50,130 bases of DNA from an uncultured Ruminococcus sp. (GCA_902783115.1 CACZPW010000225.1:1-50130); one strand, 5' to 3'; shown: positions 10,401 through 20,515, counted from the stretch's first letter. Notes: generated by a model from the letters alone, not told the origin. A program made the numbers and translations.

Positions 10401-12329
10401 TGGGAATCGGACGATGTACTTGGAGTTACAGCGGGCGAGACGGTTTATTACGGCGGTAAGGTAAAGCTCCAGGGACTTAAAGACTATGCGCGGTTTGCAG
10501 TCAACTTCTATGACAAGAACGGCGTGTTTATATCATCCGATGGATTTAGCGCAGGCAGAGGTACAAAAGCGTGGGAAAGCTATACGGACGCTGTAACAGC
10601 TCCTCAAGGCGCAGATTATGCAAAGCTTGCCCTCATTGTAAATGACGGAAAAGGCACTGCGTGGTTTGACGATGTTGTTTTGGGCAAGCAGATAAGTGGG
10701 ATATATGCCAAGAAGGCAGTATTTGATCTTGATGAGCTTGCATCCAATGCAGGCAAAACCCTGACGGCTTCTACAAATGTATACAGTTATGAAGATGCGG
10801 CTGATGTGATGCTTGCTCTGGCTGTTTATAATCAGGGTATGCTTGTCGGTATAGATGTCAAATCGGCAAGAGCCGATGGCGAGGGAGTACCTGTGAGCGC
10901 ATCTGTAACCATTCCCGATATTGGCGAAACAGAGCTTGCAAGCTGTATCGCAAAAGCATTTATATGGGACAGCGATACTTATAAACCCATACACCCGGTC
11001 TGTGTTCTTGCGGGAAGCAAGACCATAGGAGGTATTACGATGTCACCGGCGTATGGGGATAATATGGTATTTCAGCAGGGTGAAGAAATTACGGTAAGCG
11101 GAACGGCTATGCCGGGTGAAACGGTTGATGTCAGTTTTGGAAACAGAAAGCAGACGGCATCTGCCGATGAGGACGGAAACTGGTCGGTTGACTTTAGTGC
11201 AATGGCTGCCGGAGGTCCTTATGCCCTTGTGGCAGAGGACGGCAGAGGACATAAAGAAGTGTTTACAAACATTATGATAGGTGAGGTATGGCTTGTAAGC
11301 GGACAGTCCAATATGCAGTATACTACCTCAGCCTTTAAAGAACTTGACCAATACACCGAAGACAATGAAATGTTAAGACTGTTCAGTGTTCCGCGTGTAC
11401 AGGAGGATGAGCCTGTTGACACGCTTGCGGCGGGCGAGTGGAAGAAGTGTACAAAGAGCGTTGCATCAAGCTTTTCGGCAGTCGGGTATCTGATCGGCAG
11501 GGAGCTCTCAAAGGCAATGCCCGATGTTGCGATCGGGATCGTGGAATCCTCCTATGCAGGCTCGGATATAGGTGAGTGGATGGATAATCAAACAGCCTAT
11601 CTTGCAAATGTCAACACCGCTGCGGAGAAACGCTCAAAACGCTTTAACGGTATGATATATCCGTTAAGAGAGTTTAAATATAAAGGCGTTGCGTGGTATC
11701 AGGGTGAATCAAGCCGTAACTGGCTGTATCAGATATGGTTGGAGGCAATGGTAAGCAACTGGAGAAGCACCTTCAATCAGCCAAAGCTTGATTTTGCGGT
11801 TGTCGGGCTTCCGAGGTTTAATCAGGATCAGTTTGTGATAGTAAGAGAGTGTCAGCGTCTTGCGGCAGAGGAAGACGATAACATTCATTTGTCGGTAAAT
11901 ATAGACCTTGGTGAAAAGGACAATGTTCATCCTTCGGATAAGCTGCCGCTTGTTCAAAGACTGTCAAATGTTATATTAAAAGAGGTTTACGGGAGAAATA
12001 TTGACTGCTACGGTCCGAAATTCAAGAGCGTTTCGTTTGAGGGAAATAAGGCTATAGTAACATTCGATAATGCACAGGGTATTACAACTACGGACGGAAA
12101 TGCACCCCGTGAATTTATTATTGCGGGCTCTGACGGTAATTTTGTTGTTGCGGATGCGGTAATAAATAACGGAAAGATTGAGCTTACGGCACCGGGCGTT
12201 TCAAAGCCGGTGTATGTCAGATATGCTTTTGAAGGTTATCCGGAGCCTAATTTGATAGGCGGTAACGGACTGCCTGCAGAGCCGTTCAGGACGGACTCCA
12301 TTAAAGATGTATATCCGTTTGAAGGATAA
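7497..12329 (+). CDS. Giant secreted protein with three tandem CBM-like A-B cassettes, an Ig-like module and a C-terminal SASA/SGNH-type carbohydrate O-acetylesterase domain
   Basis: The ORF is open from 7461. I prefer the TTG at 7497 because GGAGG (7485-7489) sits 7 nt upstream and it gives the signal peptide MKKTRISKILCLSLCASMVCPYMTASAQ. Three NGGFE..FPxGWxSxGxNL..NGDFE modules each end in DNIRLEK(L/V)GR and are followed by SLKIVGY...GTAWFDDV modules. The esterase region (about 11035-12329) has GEVWLVSGQSNMQ (Ser codon 11307-11309), WYQGESS and DNVHPSDK. Confidence 0.9.
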   Translation: MKKTRISKILCLSLCASMVCPYMTASAQTQYGTVELINNGGFEAADAEDFPAGWSSNGKNLLLGGDFETGDAALTSVGTAATGETLRWASPTTGTNDISIVRASEEEKSEHGDYYARMRFTAQNWGGLGYPNLSKTSNLLNVAYGGEYLFKADYKVSSTDAFNAATMSAYYMVTTAQSAEKNTTMFEPVFPNKSSMPSTQWQEFSTSFTVIDRPEGENLQYDPPCVSRFQFRYGGKPVIGAGESADLFADNIRLEKLGRTSSEYSASGSRSLKIVGYADTEDEIWESGQAEVEPGEEIDVSAKVLSETVAKYTANGVEYEGKIKISAVFDDGSEAEIGSITQSGNDYVTVSDAVTVPQYASRMNIRITFTGEGIAYIDDVSATAQREIADIAVPEDYKNIIANGGFENYDSHDFPVGFSSAGKNLIANGDFETNSLECGKDLSGTRTLTWAKAGYVSAVTLEQNCQSDLAAYGNYAMKMQWGDTKWGGAVLQHDANGIFRLSYGNSYILRASIKSATENDFISNAQRFQFNVNVGGTDNIVDESTWVPSTQWQEYSAVFSAPQNAGFAGRLQLRGRTANTAGSVLYADNISVEKTSRTDSAEKNTGDRSLRIDGYADSDGADEVWTSETVGINGGEDVYFGLSYKKDSITAGAGARLVFVGASERILGTETVDLGTGSKSIWQQRIVKAIAPEDAECVYVEIYLKEGSGTLWTDDVFVSVRAEEEHENVIVPDQIINIVGNSGFEDVDGRLFPTGWTSDGQNLIKNGDFEDEAYWYAAGASASGTREFAYSSDSPDGTTSGNLKWTEATGNEEWGCMAYREGQGTPAAASIPVALDSDYYVAMDAKLGDNIKGNNIRVMAEMKNGDNQWAAQTLLSKTADGEWANYTSTYHTPLASAEKNGNNPDVSGAYIYYVYAGRATAIPIESGETQLWIDNLRLEKVGRADTAEYAAGERSLKIVGYTDGVDEVWESDDVLGVTAGETVYYGGKVKLQGLKDYARFAVNFYDKNGVFISSDGFSAGRGTKAWESYTDAVTAPQGADYAKLALIVNDGKGTAWFDDVVLGKQISGIYAKKAVFDLDELASNAGKTLTASTNVYSYEDAADVMLALAVYNQGMLVGIDVKSARADGEGVPVSASVTIPDIGETELASCIAKAFIWDSDTYKPIHPVCVLAGSKTIGGITMSPAYGDNMVFQQGEEITVSGTAMPGETVDVSFGNRKQTASADEDGNWSVDFSAMAAGGPYALVAEDGRGHKEVFTNIMIGEVWLVSGQSNMQYTTSAFKELDQYTEDNEMLRLFSVPRVQEDEPVDTLAAGEWKKCTKSVASSFSAVGYLIGRELSKAMPDVAIGIVESSYAGSDIGEWMDNQTAYLANVNTAAEKRSKRFNGMIYPLREFKYKGVAWYQGESSRNWLYQIWLEAMVSNWRSTFNQPKLDFAVVGLPRFNQDQFVIVRECQRLAAEEDDNIHLSVNIDLGEKDNVHPSDKLPLVQRLSNVILKEVYGRNIDCYGPKFKSVSFEGNKAIVTFDNAQGITTTDGNAPREFIIAGSDGNFVVADAVINNGKIELTAPGVSKPVYVRYAFEGYPEPNLIGGNGLPAEPFRTDSIKDVYPFEG

Positions 12330-12356
12330 ATCAGTTAACAAAATGGGTGATTTACT

Positions 12357-15300
12357 ATGACTTTTATGAGGATTGCAACGGGCTTTCTCAGTGCAGCCAT
12401 AATAAGTGCGGCTGCGCCCTTGGAATACCCTTTGTATGCAAATGCGGCAGGCAATACTTATGAGAACATTCTTGAATACGGCGGCTTTGAACAGGCTGAT
12501 TCGTACGATTTTCCTATCGGATGGACATCAAACGGTAAGAATTTACTGCAAAACGGTGATCTTGAGAACGGATCCTTTGATGCGGGCGACAATTATTACG
12601 GCGACGCAAGGCTTAAGTGGTTATCGCTTGCAGGTGTGGGTATGTCGTTGGAAAACAGTGAAGATACGTACGGGCAATATCGTGCAAAGCTGATGTGGAA
12701 CGAAGCAAAATGGGGCGGAATAGGTATTCATAACAACAAAGGCATATACCCTCTTTCTTATGGCAGTGATTATATTTACAGAGGTATGTATAAGCTGTCG
12801 GATGAAAATGTATTTCCGCAAGATGCCCGCACACAGTTTAATACGATTTTTTACACATCCGATACGAATTATACAGAGCGTGTAGACTCTATTGATGTCA
12901 GACCGAATGCACAGTGGCAGGAAATAAGCCATTGCTATTCCATAAGAGAAAAGCTTGATACGGACGAATATCAATATCCGCGTATGACCAGATGGCAGTT
13001 CAGATTATCAAAGGGTGCCGAACAAACCGGTATATATGCAGACAATCTCAAAATGGAGAAGCTTGGCAGAACCGACACATCGGAAAAATACAGCGGCGAA
13101 AGAGCTTTAAAAATCGTTGCATATAATGACGGTGTTGATGAGGTGTGGACTTCCGGTCGGGTGGACGGCATTACAGGAGGAAGAACGGTAATTTTCGGTA
13201 CAAGAGCGAAGCTGTCGGGAATATCCGGAGAAGCTTCCTTAAGGCTTAACTATTATGATATGTACGGAAATTACATTTTATCGGATGAAAAGACGGTAGA
13301 AAGCCCGGATTCTGACTGGCATTCATACGAATTTGCCTCCATAGCGCCGGAAGATGCAAAAAAAGTTGATTTGGAGCTTGTATTGAAAGGTGCAACGGGT
13401 ACTGCGTGGTTTGATGACTGCCATGTTGACAGGAAGACAGACAGTGCATCTGCCCGTGAAGTTGAATCCAAGTATGCCATTTGGTATAAGAGCAATTACA
13501 GCAACCTTTTTAAAGGCGATGCGCATATAAGGGCTGCAGTTGCGGCAAGGTATTACCGCTATTTCGGCACTTCAAAATATCTTACCGATGCTTTAAACAG
13601 CTACAGGGAGATGATGACCGAATGGTCGCAAAGCAGCAGTGCGATTTCAAGTCTGGCAGATGATTTTTTCTCAGGCTCGTATATTATAGAAACATATATT
13701 ATGCTGAGAACCATGGGATACACTACGGACGATGAAAAAGACCTGATGCTTAACTATATAAATCAATTTTTCAGACCGAGCCTTAAAGGCTCGCACAATC
13801 AGGTTACTGCAAGAGCCGAGGCTATGGCGTATGCCGTAAAGGCGTTTCCTGATGAGCCTGCGGCGGCAAGCTGGCAGGCGTGGCTGGATATGTACTGGAA
13901 TATTTTAGATTCCGATAAAGATATTCAGGAGGATGCGGGCGACTATAACGGTGTTGCGATGCGGGATATGATCCGCTGGCTTAAAGTGTCGCACAATGAG
14001 GAGAGGCTGTTGGATGAGGGCTGGCGTCAGATGTTTTTGCGGTATCTTTATCAACAGGCACCCAACGGCTCAATGCCTGAATACGGCGATGATTTTTATG
14101 GCAGAACTTTAGACTGGATATATATTTTTGAATATCTTGCGGATCTGTATGACAGTCCCGAATTTGCCTACGGTGCGAGGAGGGCCTTTGACTGGGGTAC
14201 AAGAAACGCTCCCAGCGGTTATTGTACGAACAGTGAAACGCTTGAACTGCTGCCGAGGCTTTACGGCGGTGATGAGCAAAGACCCGAGCTTGCCTCCGAG
14301 ATCACAACAAGGCGGCTTGTAGGCGGTGAGGCAGCAAGAAACAAAATACTCTTGCGTAACAGCAAGGGCTATGTGTGGATAGACAATACATATAACTTAA
14401 GTCATGCACATAAAAATTCAAAGGGTGCCGTTACATACTATGAATACGATAATGTACCCCTGTTTCATTCGTTCCAGCGTCGGTTTGTTGACGCACGGTT
14501 TCAAAACCGTATGGCTATGCTTGAGCCGGACGAGGATTTTCCGTTTAATGGAGTTGTAAGTCATCAGACAAATCCCGGTCGTGCGGCTACAAATACATGG
14601 TATCATGACACGCTTCCCCTTACGGGGCTTCCCGAGTCGGATGCCCAAAACCCGAATTTGAGGGATTTGGATCAGATTTGTTTGCGCTTGTCCAAGGAAA
14701 AGAGCGACCATGTACTGTTAACGATCGATAATATAAGATTAGAAGGTCCGGCAGGGACATATATGATCTACGATTTCGAGGACGGCACTACGGGTGGTTT
14801 TAAGGGCAGAGCTTATACAAATGTTGAGGACGGATACGGAAGCAACAGAGCGATGACGGTGCGTGTGGATTCAAACGCACAGCTCTTCAACAAAGCAAAT
14901 CTTTGGCATAAGTTTGACATTACACAGTATAACTGTCTTAAATGGGATTGGAAAACGGCTACGGACGATAACGATGATATGACATGGTTGTGGTTTGTAA
15001 TGCGTGTCTGGGACAGGGACTGCGACGAATCCAAGGTAACGGAGGCATGGCTTGACGGATACGGGGACTGCTATGTGGAGATGAATCCGGGAGAGATAAG
15101 TACCTTTACAACGGACATTACAGATGCCTATGTAGAGGATAGAGGCGGCGATAGCTACGCAGAGCTTGAGCTGGGCGACTTTTTCGGAACGCAAAGCACC
15201 CAGAAGCGCAGAATAGTGCTTACGGATGAGGGCTATCTGGTCATTCAGGATACACTTTACCCGTCCTTGGCGGCTGACGGATACAGAGCAGGCGCAATAT

Positions 15301-15965
15301 GGGGCTTGTACAATGTCAGCGAACGCGGCAGTAATTGGTTTTTGCAGGCAGGCGAGAAAAAGTGGTATTCGGGCCTATCGGACAGCAAAGGCAAGGCAAA
15401 TGGATTGTTTGTTATGTTTTCCGATACAGATGACGCCCGCATCGACTCAATGTCAATTGTAAGCGGGGTATATACCCAGTCTGCGTCGAGAATAGTCCAA
15501 GGAGGAGTGCCTCAAAGCTTCATTACGGTTGTAGCACCGAATATTGATGATAAAAAGACGGGCGAAGAACTGGCAGACTCAATAAAGATCTTAAAGGACG
15601 GAGTATACCAAAGCGGTGTAAGCTATCAGACGGAACAAGGTTGGGTGCATGTTGAATTTCCGCCCGATGGCAACTTCAGCGTTACAAGAAACGCATCGGA
15701 TTTTGCCTATGTGCCGGAAATTTCAAAAACGGGAACCGAAATTTCGGTAAAGAGTGCGGTGTTCGGCTCTGCAACCCCGATGCTTGCTCTGTATGAGAAT
15801 AATATCCTTAAACGGATCGTAACAAATCCTCAAGCTCAGACATACGGCGATTACGCAATATATTCAATGTCGGCAGACTTGCCCGACGGCGATTACAGCG
15901 CAAAGGTGTTTGTATGGGATAAAAATATGCATCCGCTGACAAATGCGGTGCAAATGTCAAAATAG
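12357..15965 (+). CDS. Secreted protein (1202 aa) with one CBM-like A-B cassette, a lyase-like region paralogous to 240-3485 and a C-terminal Ig-like module
   Basis: Signal-like N-terminus MTFMRIATGFLSAAIISAAAPLEYPLYANA. It has YGGFEQADSYDFPIGWTSNGKNLLQNGDLE followed by DNLKMEKLGRT and a GTAWFDDCHV module. From about 13.45 kb onward it is colinear with the 240-3485 protein. Confidence 0.9.
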   Translation: MTFMRIATGFLSAAIISAAAPLEYPLYANAAGNTYENILEYGGFEQADSYDFPIGWTSNGKNLLQNGDLENGSFDAGDNYYGDARLKWLSLAGVGMSLENSEDTYGQYRAKLMWNEAKWGGIGIHNNKGIYPLSYGSDYIYRGMYKLSDENVFPQDARTQFNTIFYTSDTNYTERVDSIDVRPNAQWQEISHCYSIREKLDTDEYQYPRMTRWQFRLSKGAEQTGIYADNLKMEKLGRTDTSEKYSGERALKIVAYNDGVDEVWTSGRVDGITGGRTVIFGTRAKLSGISGEASLRLNYYDMYGNYILSDEKTVESPDSDWHSYEFASIAPEDAKKVDLELVLKGATGTAWFDDCHVDRKTDSASAREVESKYAIWYKSNYSNLFKGDAHIRAAVAARYYRYFGTSKYLTDALNSYREMMTEWSQSSSAISSLADDFFSGSYIIETYIMLRTMGYTTDDEKDLMLNYINQFFRPSLKGSHNQVTARAEAMAYAVKAFPDEPAAASWQAWLDMYWNILDSDKDIQEDAGDYNGVAMRDMIRWLKVSHNEERLLDEGWRQMFLRYLYQQAPNGSMPEYGDDFYGRTLDWIYIFEYLADLYDSPEFAYGARRAFDWGTRNAPSGYCTNSETLELLPRLYGGDEQRPELASEITTRRLVGGEAARNKILLRNSKGYVWIDNTYNLSHAHKNSKGAVTYYEYDNVPLFHSFQRRFVDARFQNRMAMLEPDEDFPFNGVVSHQTNPGRAATNTWYHDTLPLTGLPESDAQNPNLRDLDQICLRLSKEKSDHVLLTIDNIRLEGPAGTYMIYDFEDGTTGGFKGRAYTNVEDGYGSNRAMTVRVDSNAQLFNKANLWHKFDITQYNCLKWDWKTATDDNDDMTWLWFVMRVWDRDCDESKVTEAWLDGYGDCYVEMNPGEISTFTTDITDAYVEDRGGDSYAELELGDFFGTQSTQKRRIVLTDEGYLVIQDTLYPSLAADGYRAGAIWGLYNVSERGSNWFLQAGEKKWYSGLSDSKGKANGLFVMFSDTDDARIDSMSIVSGVYTQSASRIVQGGVPQSFITVVAPNIDDKKTGEELADSIKILKDGVYQSGVSYQTEQGWVHVEFPPDGNFSVTRNASDFAYVPEISKTGTEISVKSAVFGSATPMLALYENNILKRIVTNPQAQTYGDYAIYSMSADLPDGDYSAKVFVWDKNMHPLTNAVQMSK

Positions 15966-15988
15966 GAAGAGAGGTATCAGACATAGAA

Positions 15989-18900
15989 ATGTGTAAGAAG
16001 GTAAAATCTATATCCGTAGCGGTGGCTTTGCTGACATCTCTTTGGGTCACACCGATCAGTGCGCAGACAGAAGCTATACAGCTTTTGGCAAACGGCAGCT
16101 TTGAGTTTACAAGAGAATATGATTTCCCTGTAGGCTGGAGTTCAAACGGCGAGAATTTAATTCCAAACGGCGATTTTGAAAGCCGCTATTATTGGACATA
16201 CAACAACGGCTATCTTTCTTATGAGCATGATGATGAATTGGATTCTACAGTAGGAAAGCTTGCGTGGAACGCATTAAACAAATGGAATGCGATTACCATG
16301 CGTACCGATAAATTCGGTTTGTATTGGGATTACTCGCAAAATAAGAGATTTAACGAAGATACCAAGACACTGTTCGGCGGTGTGCCCGTAGCGTGGGGTG
16401 AAAGCTATATCCCAAGAATGAAAATGAAGTATACCGGCGATTTGGATACTGCCAGATACCTTGAAATGGAAATGAAGATAGGCTCTGCTCTTTCAACGGT
16501 CAGCGAGGGAAAGACCTACGACATTATAAATGTTGTTGCGAATACGCTGCCGAAGGATACTTGGAGTGAGCTTGGCGGTGAGAAATATACTTTTACGGTG
16601 CCGTCGGCAGAAAGCGTTGTGAGCAGTTATACAGATCAGACTCCGGGTATTATCAATCTTATCAATGTCGGAAGATCTCTGACAGTAAGCGATGCAAGTG
16701 CGGATTATACTAACGCATTTACATGGACGGACGATGCAAGATTTGAAAAATTGGGAAGAATAAGCTCCGATGCCGCAAGCGCAGGCTCAAAGTCCCTTAT
16801 GGTAAGAGGTTATGCAGACGGCATAACGGAGGAATGGAAGTCCGATCCCGTAAGCGTTATTGGCGGCGAGACGGTCGAGGTAAAATCAAAGGTAAGGGTT
16901 GATGAAATTTCTTCATATATAAGAAACGGCGTTACCGTTTCACCTGAGGCTGCGGTTTATGCTGACTTTGGAAACGGTACTGTTTCAAAGGTAGGAAGCA
17001 TATCCGATGTTACCGGCGGATTTGTGCAGATCGAAAGCGATGTTACCGTTCCGGACGGTGCGAACAGCCTGAGCCTTTTGTACACCTTTGACGGAAAAGG
17101 CACAGCATACTTTGACGATGCACAGATAAACGCACAGCGTGAGGTGCAGGATGTAGATCTTGGTGCATATTCCAACAGCATTATAAACGGCAGCTTTGAA
17201 CAGGCTGACAGCAATGGATTCCCCGTATCGTGGGATTCAAACGGAAAAAACCTTATTCCGAACGGCGATTTTGAAACAAACAGCATAGAGTTCGGATACA
17301 ATCTTACCAATACGGCAGTGCGTAGTTATACCAAAGCCGGCGGAGTAAGCGATGTAAGCGTTGTGGAAAACGAAAATGCACCGGCGGAGCTTGGCAACTA
17401 TTGCCTTAAGATGACTTGGAATAAGACAAACTGGGGCGGAGCAATGGTGCAGGATGATGCTGAGGGCGTTATTCCGCTTGCATATAGTTCGGATTATAGA
17501 CTGCGTGCCCGGGCAAAAGTGGATTCGGTAGCAAATTTTGGCACGAGTAAGTTTATATTTAATTTCATTCCAAGCTATAAATCAAGTGACGACTATGTAT
17601 CCACATCGGAGCTTACAACCGAGTGGCAGGAGTATACCGGAACATATACAACAGCCGCAAAGCCCGACGGTGCGGGTGATAGCTTCCCGTTTGCAAAAAG
17701 GTTCAGGCTTCGCAGTACTACCGTAGCCGACAGCGCAGTGATGTATGTAGATAATTTCAGCATGGAAAAGCTCGGCAGAACTGATACGGCAGAGAAAAAC
17801 AGCGGTAATAAGTCGCTAAAGATCGTTGCTTATGATGACGGTATAGACGAGGTATGGAAATCAGACAGAGTTTCGGTAAGAGAAAACCGTGAGATCGCTG
17901 TCGGTGCCTCATATAAGACCGAGTCACTCAGCGGCGGTGTAAGTATCATAGCAAACTTCTATCAAAACAATAACGCTGTGGGCAGTGCTGCGTTAATAAG
18001 CGGCGGAGAATCAAGTGCATGGAAAACTGCCGCAAAGGCGGTTACGGTACCCGAAGGCGCAAACAGTGCCGAGATCGTAATTACCGTTTCGGGAACGAGC
18101 GGTACGGCTTGGATAGACGATGTTCTTTTGGGCGAAAAGGCGGGGAATCCGTTTATTTCAGACATTGACTATTCCGTTGACGATCTTTATGCCAATAACG
18201 GCGAAACGGTAGAGGTCGATATAAATATTTCAAACTACAATGAAGCCTGCACGGCTTTTGTGGGAACTGCGCTTTATGACGGCGATAATAAGATGATCGC
18301 GCTGGATTGTGACAGCGAGGGTCTCAGTGCCAATGCAGCGTCTCAGACGGTGTCAAGATATATCACTTTGCCCGAGAACGGAGACCTTGCCGATTATAAG
18401 CTGAAAACATTTTTATGGCAGAGTGCCGATACGATGCTTCCGTATTGCAGTCCCGAAGTATTCCCCGATACAGTAAGCACATTTACCGTGAGTAAGCTGT
18501 TCCAGGATAATATGGTGCTCCAGCGTGATAAGGAAATAGCAATATACGGTCAGGGCTCGCCCGGCGAGCCTGTATGGGTAACGCTCGGAACCGACAGCGT
18601 TGTTACAAAGACGGACGCACAGGGGGACTGGATCGCATATCTTCCCCAAAGAGAGGCGTCGACAGAGGGAATAAGCCTTACTGTAAGAGGCAGAGGCGGC
18701 AGAGAATTTGATTTTGAAAATATCCTGATTGGCGATGTATTTATTATGTCCGGTCAGTCAAATGCCGCATTTTCCATCAGTGAGGTGATCAATTTCCGTC
18801 AAAACCCCGATCCGGCAAATGACAGTATCAGAGTTTTGGGAATGTATGAAGCAAGTAATAATGACGCTTTGGGCTCACAGGAGGAGCAGAAGGAGCTTCC

Positions 18901-20515
18901 AACGGCACAGGAGCTTAATCCGCTCGGCAAAAGCGGAGTTACAGACCCCACCTGGCTTGTGTTTGAGCCGGGTGCTACAGACAATGAGATAAGGAACGCT
19001 CCTCTGACAAGAGATACATCTGCGGTGCTCTACTACTTTGCAAGAGATTTGCAGCGTGAGCTTAGCTCCTCAACGGGTAAAACCGTGCCTATGGGACTTA
19101 TAACCGCGGCGGTAGGCGGAACGAGAATTGAAAAATGGCTGCCTGCAGAGGTATATGCTGAGCATCCTGAGCTTACAGCAGACCAGCAAGCACTCAGGAG
19201 CACGCTTTATAACAATATGATAAATCCGCTTACCAAGTTTAAGGTCAAAGGAATTTTGTGGTATCAGGGTTGTGCAAATGTCGCAAGCTCTGTCCGCTAC
19301 AAAAAGGAAATGCAATATTTGATAGAGACCTGGCGTACACGGTTTGGAGATCCCGACCTGCCGTTTATAATCCATCAGCTTGCGGGCTTTGGCGATTCGT
19401 ATGCACTTTTAAGGGACGCACAGAAGTCAGTTGCTCAAAGTATGGACAATGTTTATATGAATGTGCTTATCGACCTTGGCGAAAAAACCAATGTACACCC
19501 ACAGGCAAAGGAAACGGCGGGTGTAAGAGATACCGCTATTGCCTTAAGGGAATGGTACGGTATCGAAAATACGGACGGCGTATTTGCCGACTTTGACAGG
19601 TATGAAGCTACGGAGTATAACGGCAATAAGGCTATGAAGCTCTACTTTAAAAATGTAACAGGCGGATTTTACACTGTAAATTCATCCGGTGTCCGTACAC
19701 AAGGTCAGGAGCCCGGCGGTTTCTTGGTTGCGGATATGAGCGGCGAATTTAAGCGTGCCGAGGCTCACCTGAATGAGGATAACACGATCACTGTATGGAA
19801 TGAACAGATAACCGATCCTGTTTATATAAGATACGCTTTTGAGGGCTTCCCGTATCCTGAATTTGCAAATGTGTATACGGAAAACGGACTGCCGCTTACG
19901 CCATTCAGAAATGATACGATAAATGTTGAGTATTCTCTTGATAGGGCAAGCCTTGACAGCAGCAAGAATATGATACTTGACGCAGATTTTGAAACGTTGG
20001 CGGCTGACGGAAAGACATTTACGGGCTATTATACGCACAGAGTAACCAATACAAGCTACGGCGGCGTAACGGCGGCACAGTGGGATACATATACGGAGCA
20101 GTACGGCAGCTACTATGCGGATATGTCGCTCTTTAACGGAACAGGCAATGCAAATACCGCAGTTTATACCGCAATCACGGGCGCAAGGGAAAATCAGCGC
20201 ATAGCTGTAAATGAGGGCACATACATCATCGAGGCGGATGTCGATGCCGACTTTACCGATCCAAGCACACAGCTTTATATGCAGTGGGGACTGTATACAA
20301 ACGATGAAACGCCTGTCGGGAGCTTCTACACAAATAACGGCGACTGGCTTGTAACAGAATCGACCGGCGGCATGGTGCATATACAGGGTACGGTGCATTT
20401 TGACAGCAAATACAATAACGGCTATCTTTACGCTTTCGGACCAAGACTTGTAACAAAATCCACCGAGGTACAGAAAGTTAAGATAGACAACCTTGTTTTA
20501 AGAAAAGCAAATTAA
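15989..20515 (+). CDS. Giant secreted protein (1508 aa) with two CBM-like A-B cassettes, an Ig-like module, a SASA/SGNH-type O-acetylesterase domain and a C-terminal CBM-like module
   Basis: Signal peptide MCKKVKSISVAVALLTSLWVTPISAQ. Esterase motifs are GDVFIMSGQSNAAF (Ser codon 18758-18760), WYQGCANV and TNVHPQAKE. The C-terminal ~190 aa start NMILDADFE and end KIDNLVLRKAN. Confidence 0.9.
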   Translation: MCKKVKSISVAVALLTSLWVTPISAQTEAIQLLANGSFEFTREYDFPVGWSSNGENLIPNGDFESRYYWTYNNGYLSYEHDDELDSTVGKLAWNALNKWNAITMRTDKFGLYWDYSQNKRFNEDTKTLFGGVPVAWGESYIPRMKMKYTGDLDTARYLEMEMKIGSALSTVSEGKTYDIINVVANTLPKDTWSELGGEKYTFTVPSAESVVSSYTDQTPGIINLINVGRSLTVSDASADYTNAFTWTDDARFEKLGRISSDAASAGSKSLMVRGYADGITEEWKSDPVSVIGGETVEVKSKVRVDEISSYIRNGVTVSPEAAVYADFGNGTVSKVGSISDVTGGFVQIESDVTVPDGANSLSLLYTFDGKGTAYFDDAQINAQREVQDVDLGAYSNSIINGSFEQADSNGFPVSWDSNGKNLIPNGDFETNSIEFGYNLTNTAVRSYTKAGGVSDVSVVENENAPAELGNYCLKMTWNKTNWGGAMVQDDAEGVIPLAYSSDYRLRARAKVDSVANFGTSKFIFNFIPSYKSSDDYVSTSELTTEWQEYTGTYTTAAKPDGAGDSFPFAKRFRLRSTTVADSAVMYVDNFSMEKLGRTDTAEKNSGNKSLKIVAYDDGIDEVWKSDRVSVRENREIAVGASYKTESLSGGVSIIANFYQNNNAVGSAALISGGESSAWKTAAKAVTVPEGANSAEIVITVSGTSGTAWIDDVLLGEKAGNPFISDIDYSVDDLYANNGETVEVDINISNYNEACTAFVGTALYDGDNKMIALDCDSEGLSANAASQTVSRYITLPENGDLADYKLKTFLWQSADTMLPYCSPEVFPDTVSTFTVSKLFQDNMVLQRDKEIAIYGQGSPGEPVWVTLGTDSVVTKTDAQGDWIAYLPQREASTEGISLTVRGRGGREFDFENILIGDVFIMSGQSNAAFSISEVINFRQNPDPANDSIRVLGMYEASNNDALGSQEEQKELPTAQELNPLGKSGVTDPTWLVFEPGATDNEIRNAPLTRDTSAVLYYFARDLQRELSSSTGKTVPMGLITAAVGGTRIEKWLPAEVYAEHPELTADQQALRSTLYNNMINPLTKFKVKGILWYQGCANVASSVRYKKEMQYLIETWRTRFGDPDLPFIIHQLAGFGDSYALLRDAQKSVAQSMDNVYMNVLIDLGEKTNVHPQAKETAGVRDTAIALREWYGIENTDGVFADFDRYEATEYNGNKAMKLYFKNVTGGFYTVNSSGVRTQGQEPGGFLVADMSGEFKRAEAHLNEDNTITVWNEQITDPVYIRYAFEGFPYPEFANVYTENGLPLTPFRNDTINVEYSLDRASLDSSKNMILDADFETLAADGKTFTGYYTHRVTNTSYGGVTAAQWDTYTEQYGSYYADMSLFNGTGNANTAVYTAITGARENQRIAVNEGTYIIEADVDADFTDPSTQLYMQWGLYTNDETPVGSFYTNNGDWLVTESTGGMVHIQGTVHFDSKYNNGYLYAFGPRLVTKSTEVQKVKIDNLVLRKAN
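16082..16272 (+). repeat. Segmental duplication, copy A1 (partner 20802-20992)
   Basis: Colinear at a constant offset of 4720 nt with the start of the 20697 gene, with only scattered substitutions by eye. The encoded peptide is LLANGSFEFTREYDFPVGWSSNGENLIPNGDFESR... in both copies. Confidence 0.8.
16727..17125 (+). repeat. Segmental duplication, copy A2 (partner 21474-21872)
   Basis: About 400 nt are colinear at an offset of 4747 nt. The peptide WTDDARFEKLGR...SLMV(R/K)GYADG...VYADFGNGTVSKVGS...LLYTFDGKGTAYFDDAQ is near-identical in both proteins. Confidence 0.8.

Noticed and set aside
16957-17310. Antisense ORFs inside the giant genes. Examples are 16957-17310, 21704-22009, 19682-20398 (238 aa), 10533-10994, 44659-45237, 24425-24934 and 4715-5137.
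   Set aside because: They lie fully inside long, motif-rich ORFs on the other strand. They have no RBS and give low-complexity or Cys/Arg-rich translations. The pairs at 16957 and 21704 simply mirror the duplicated sense sequence. I treat them as shadow ORFs.
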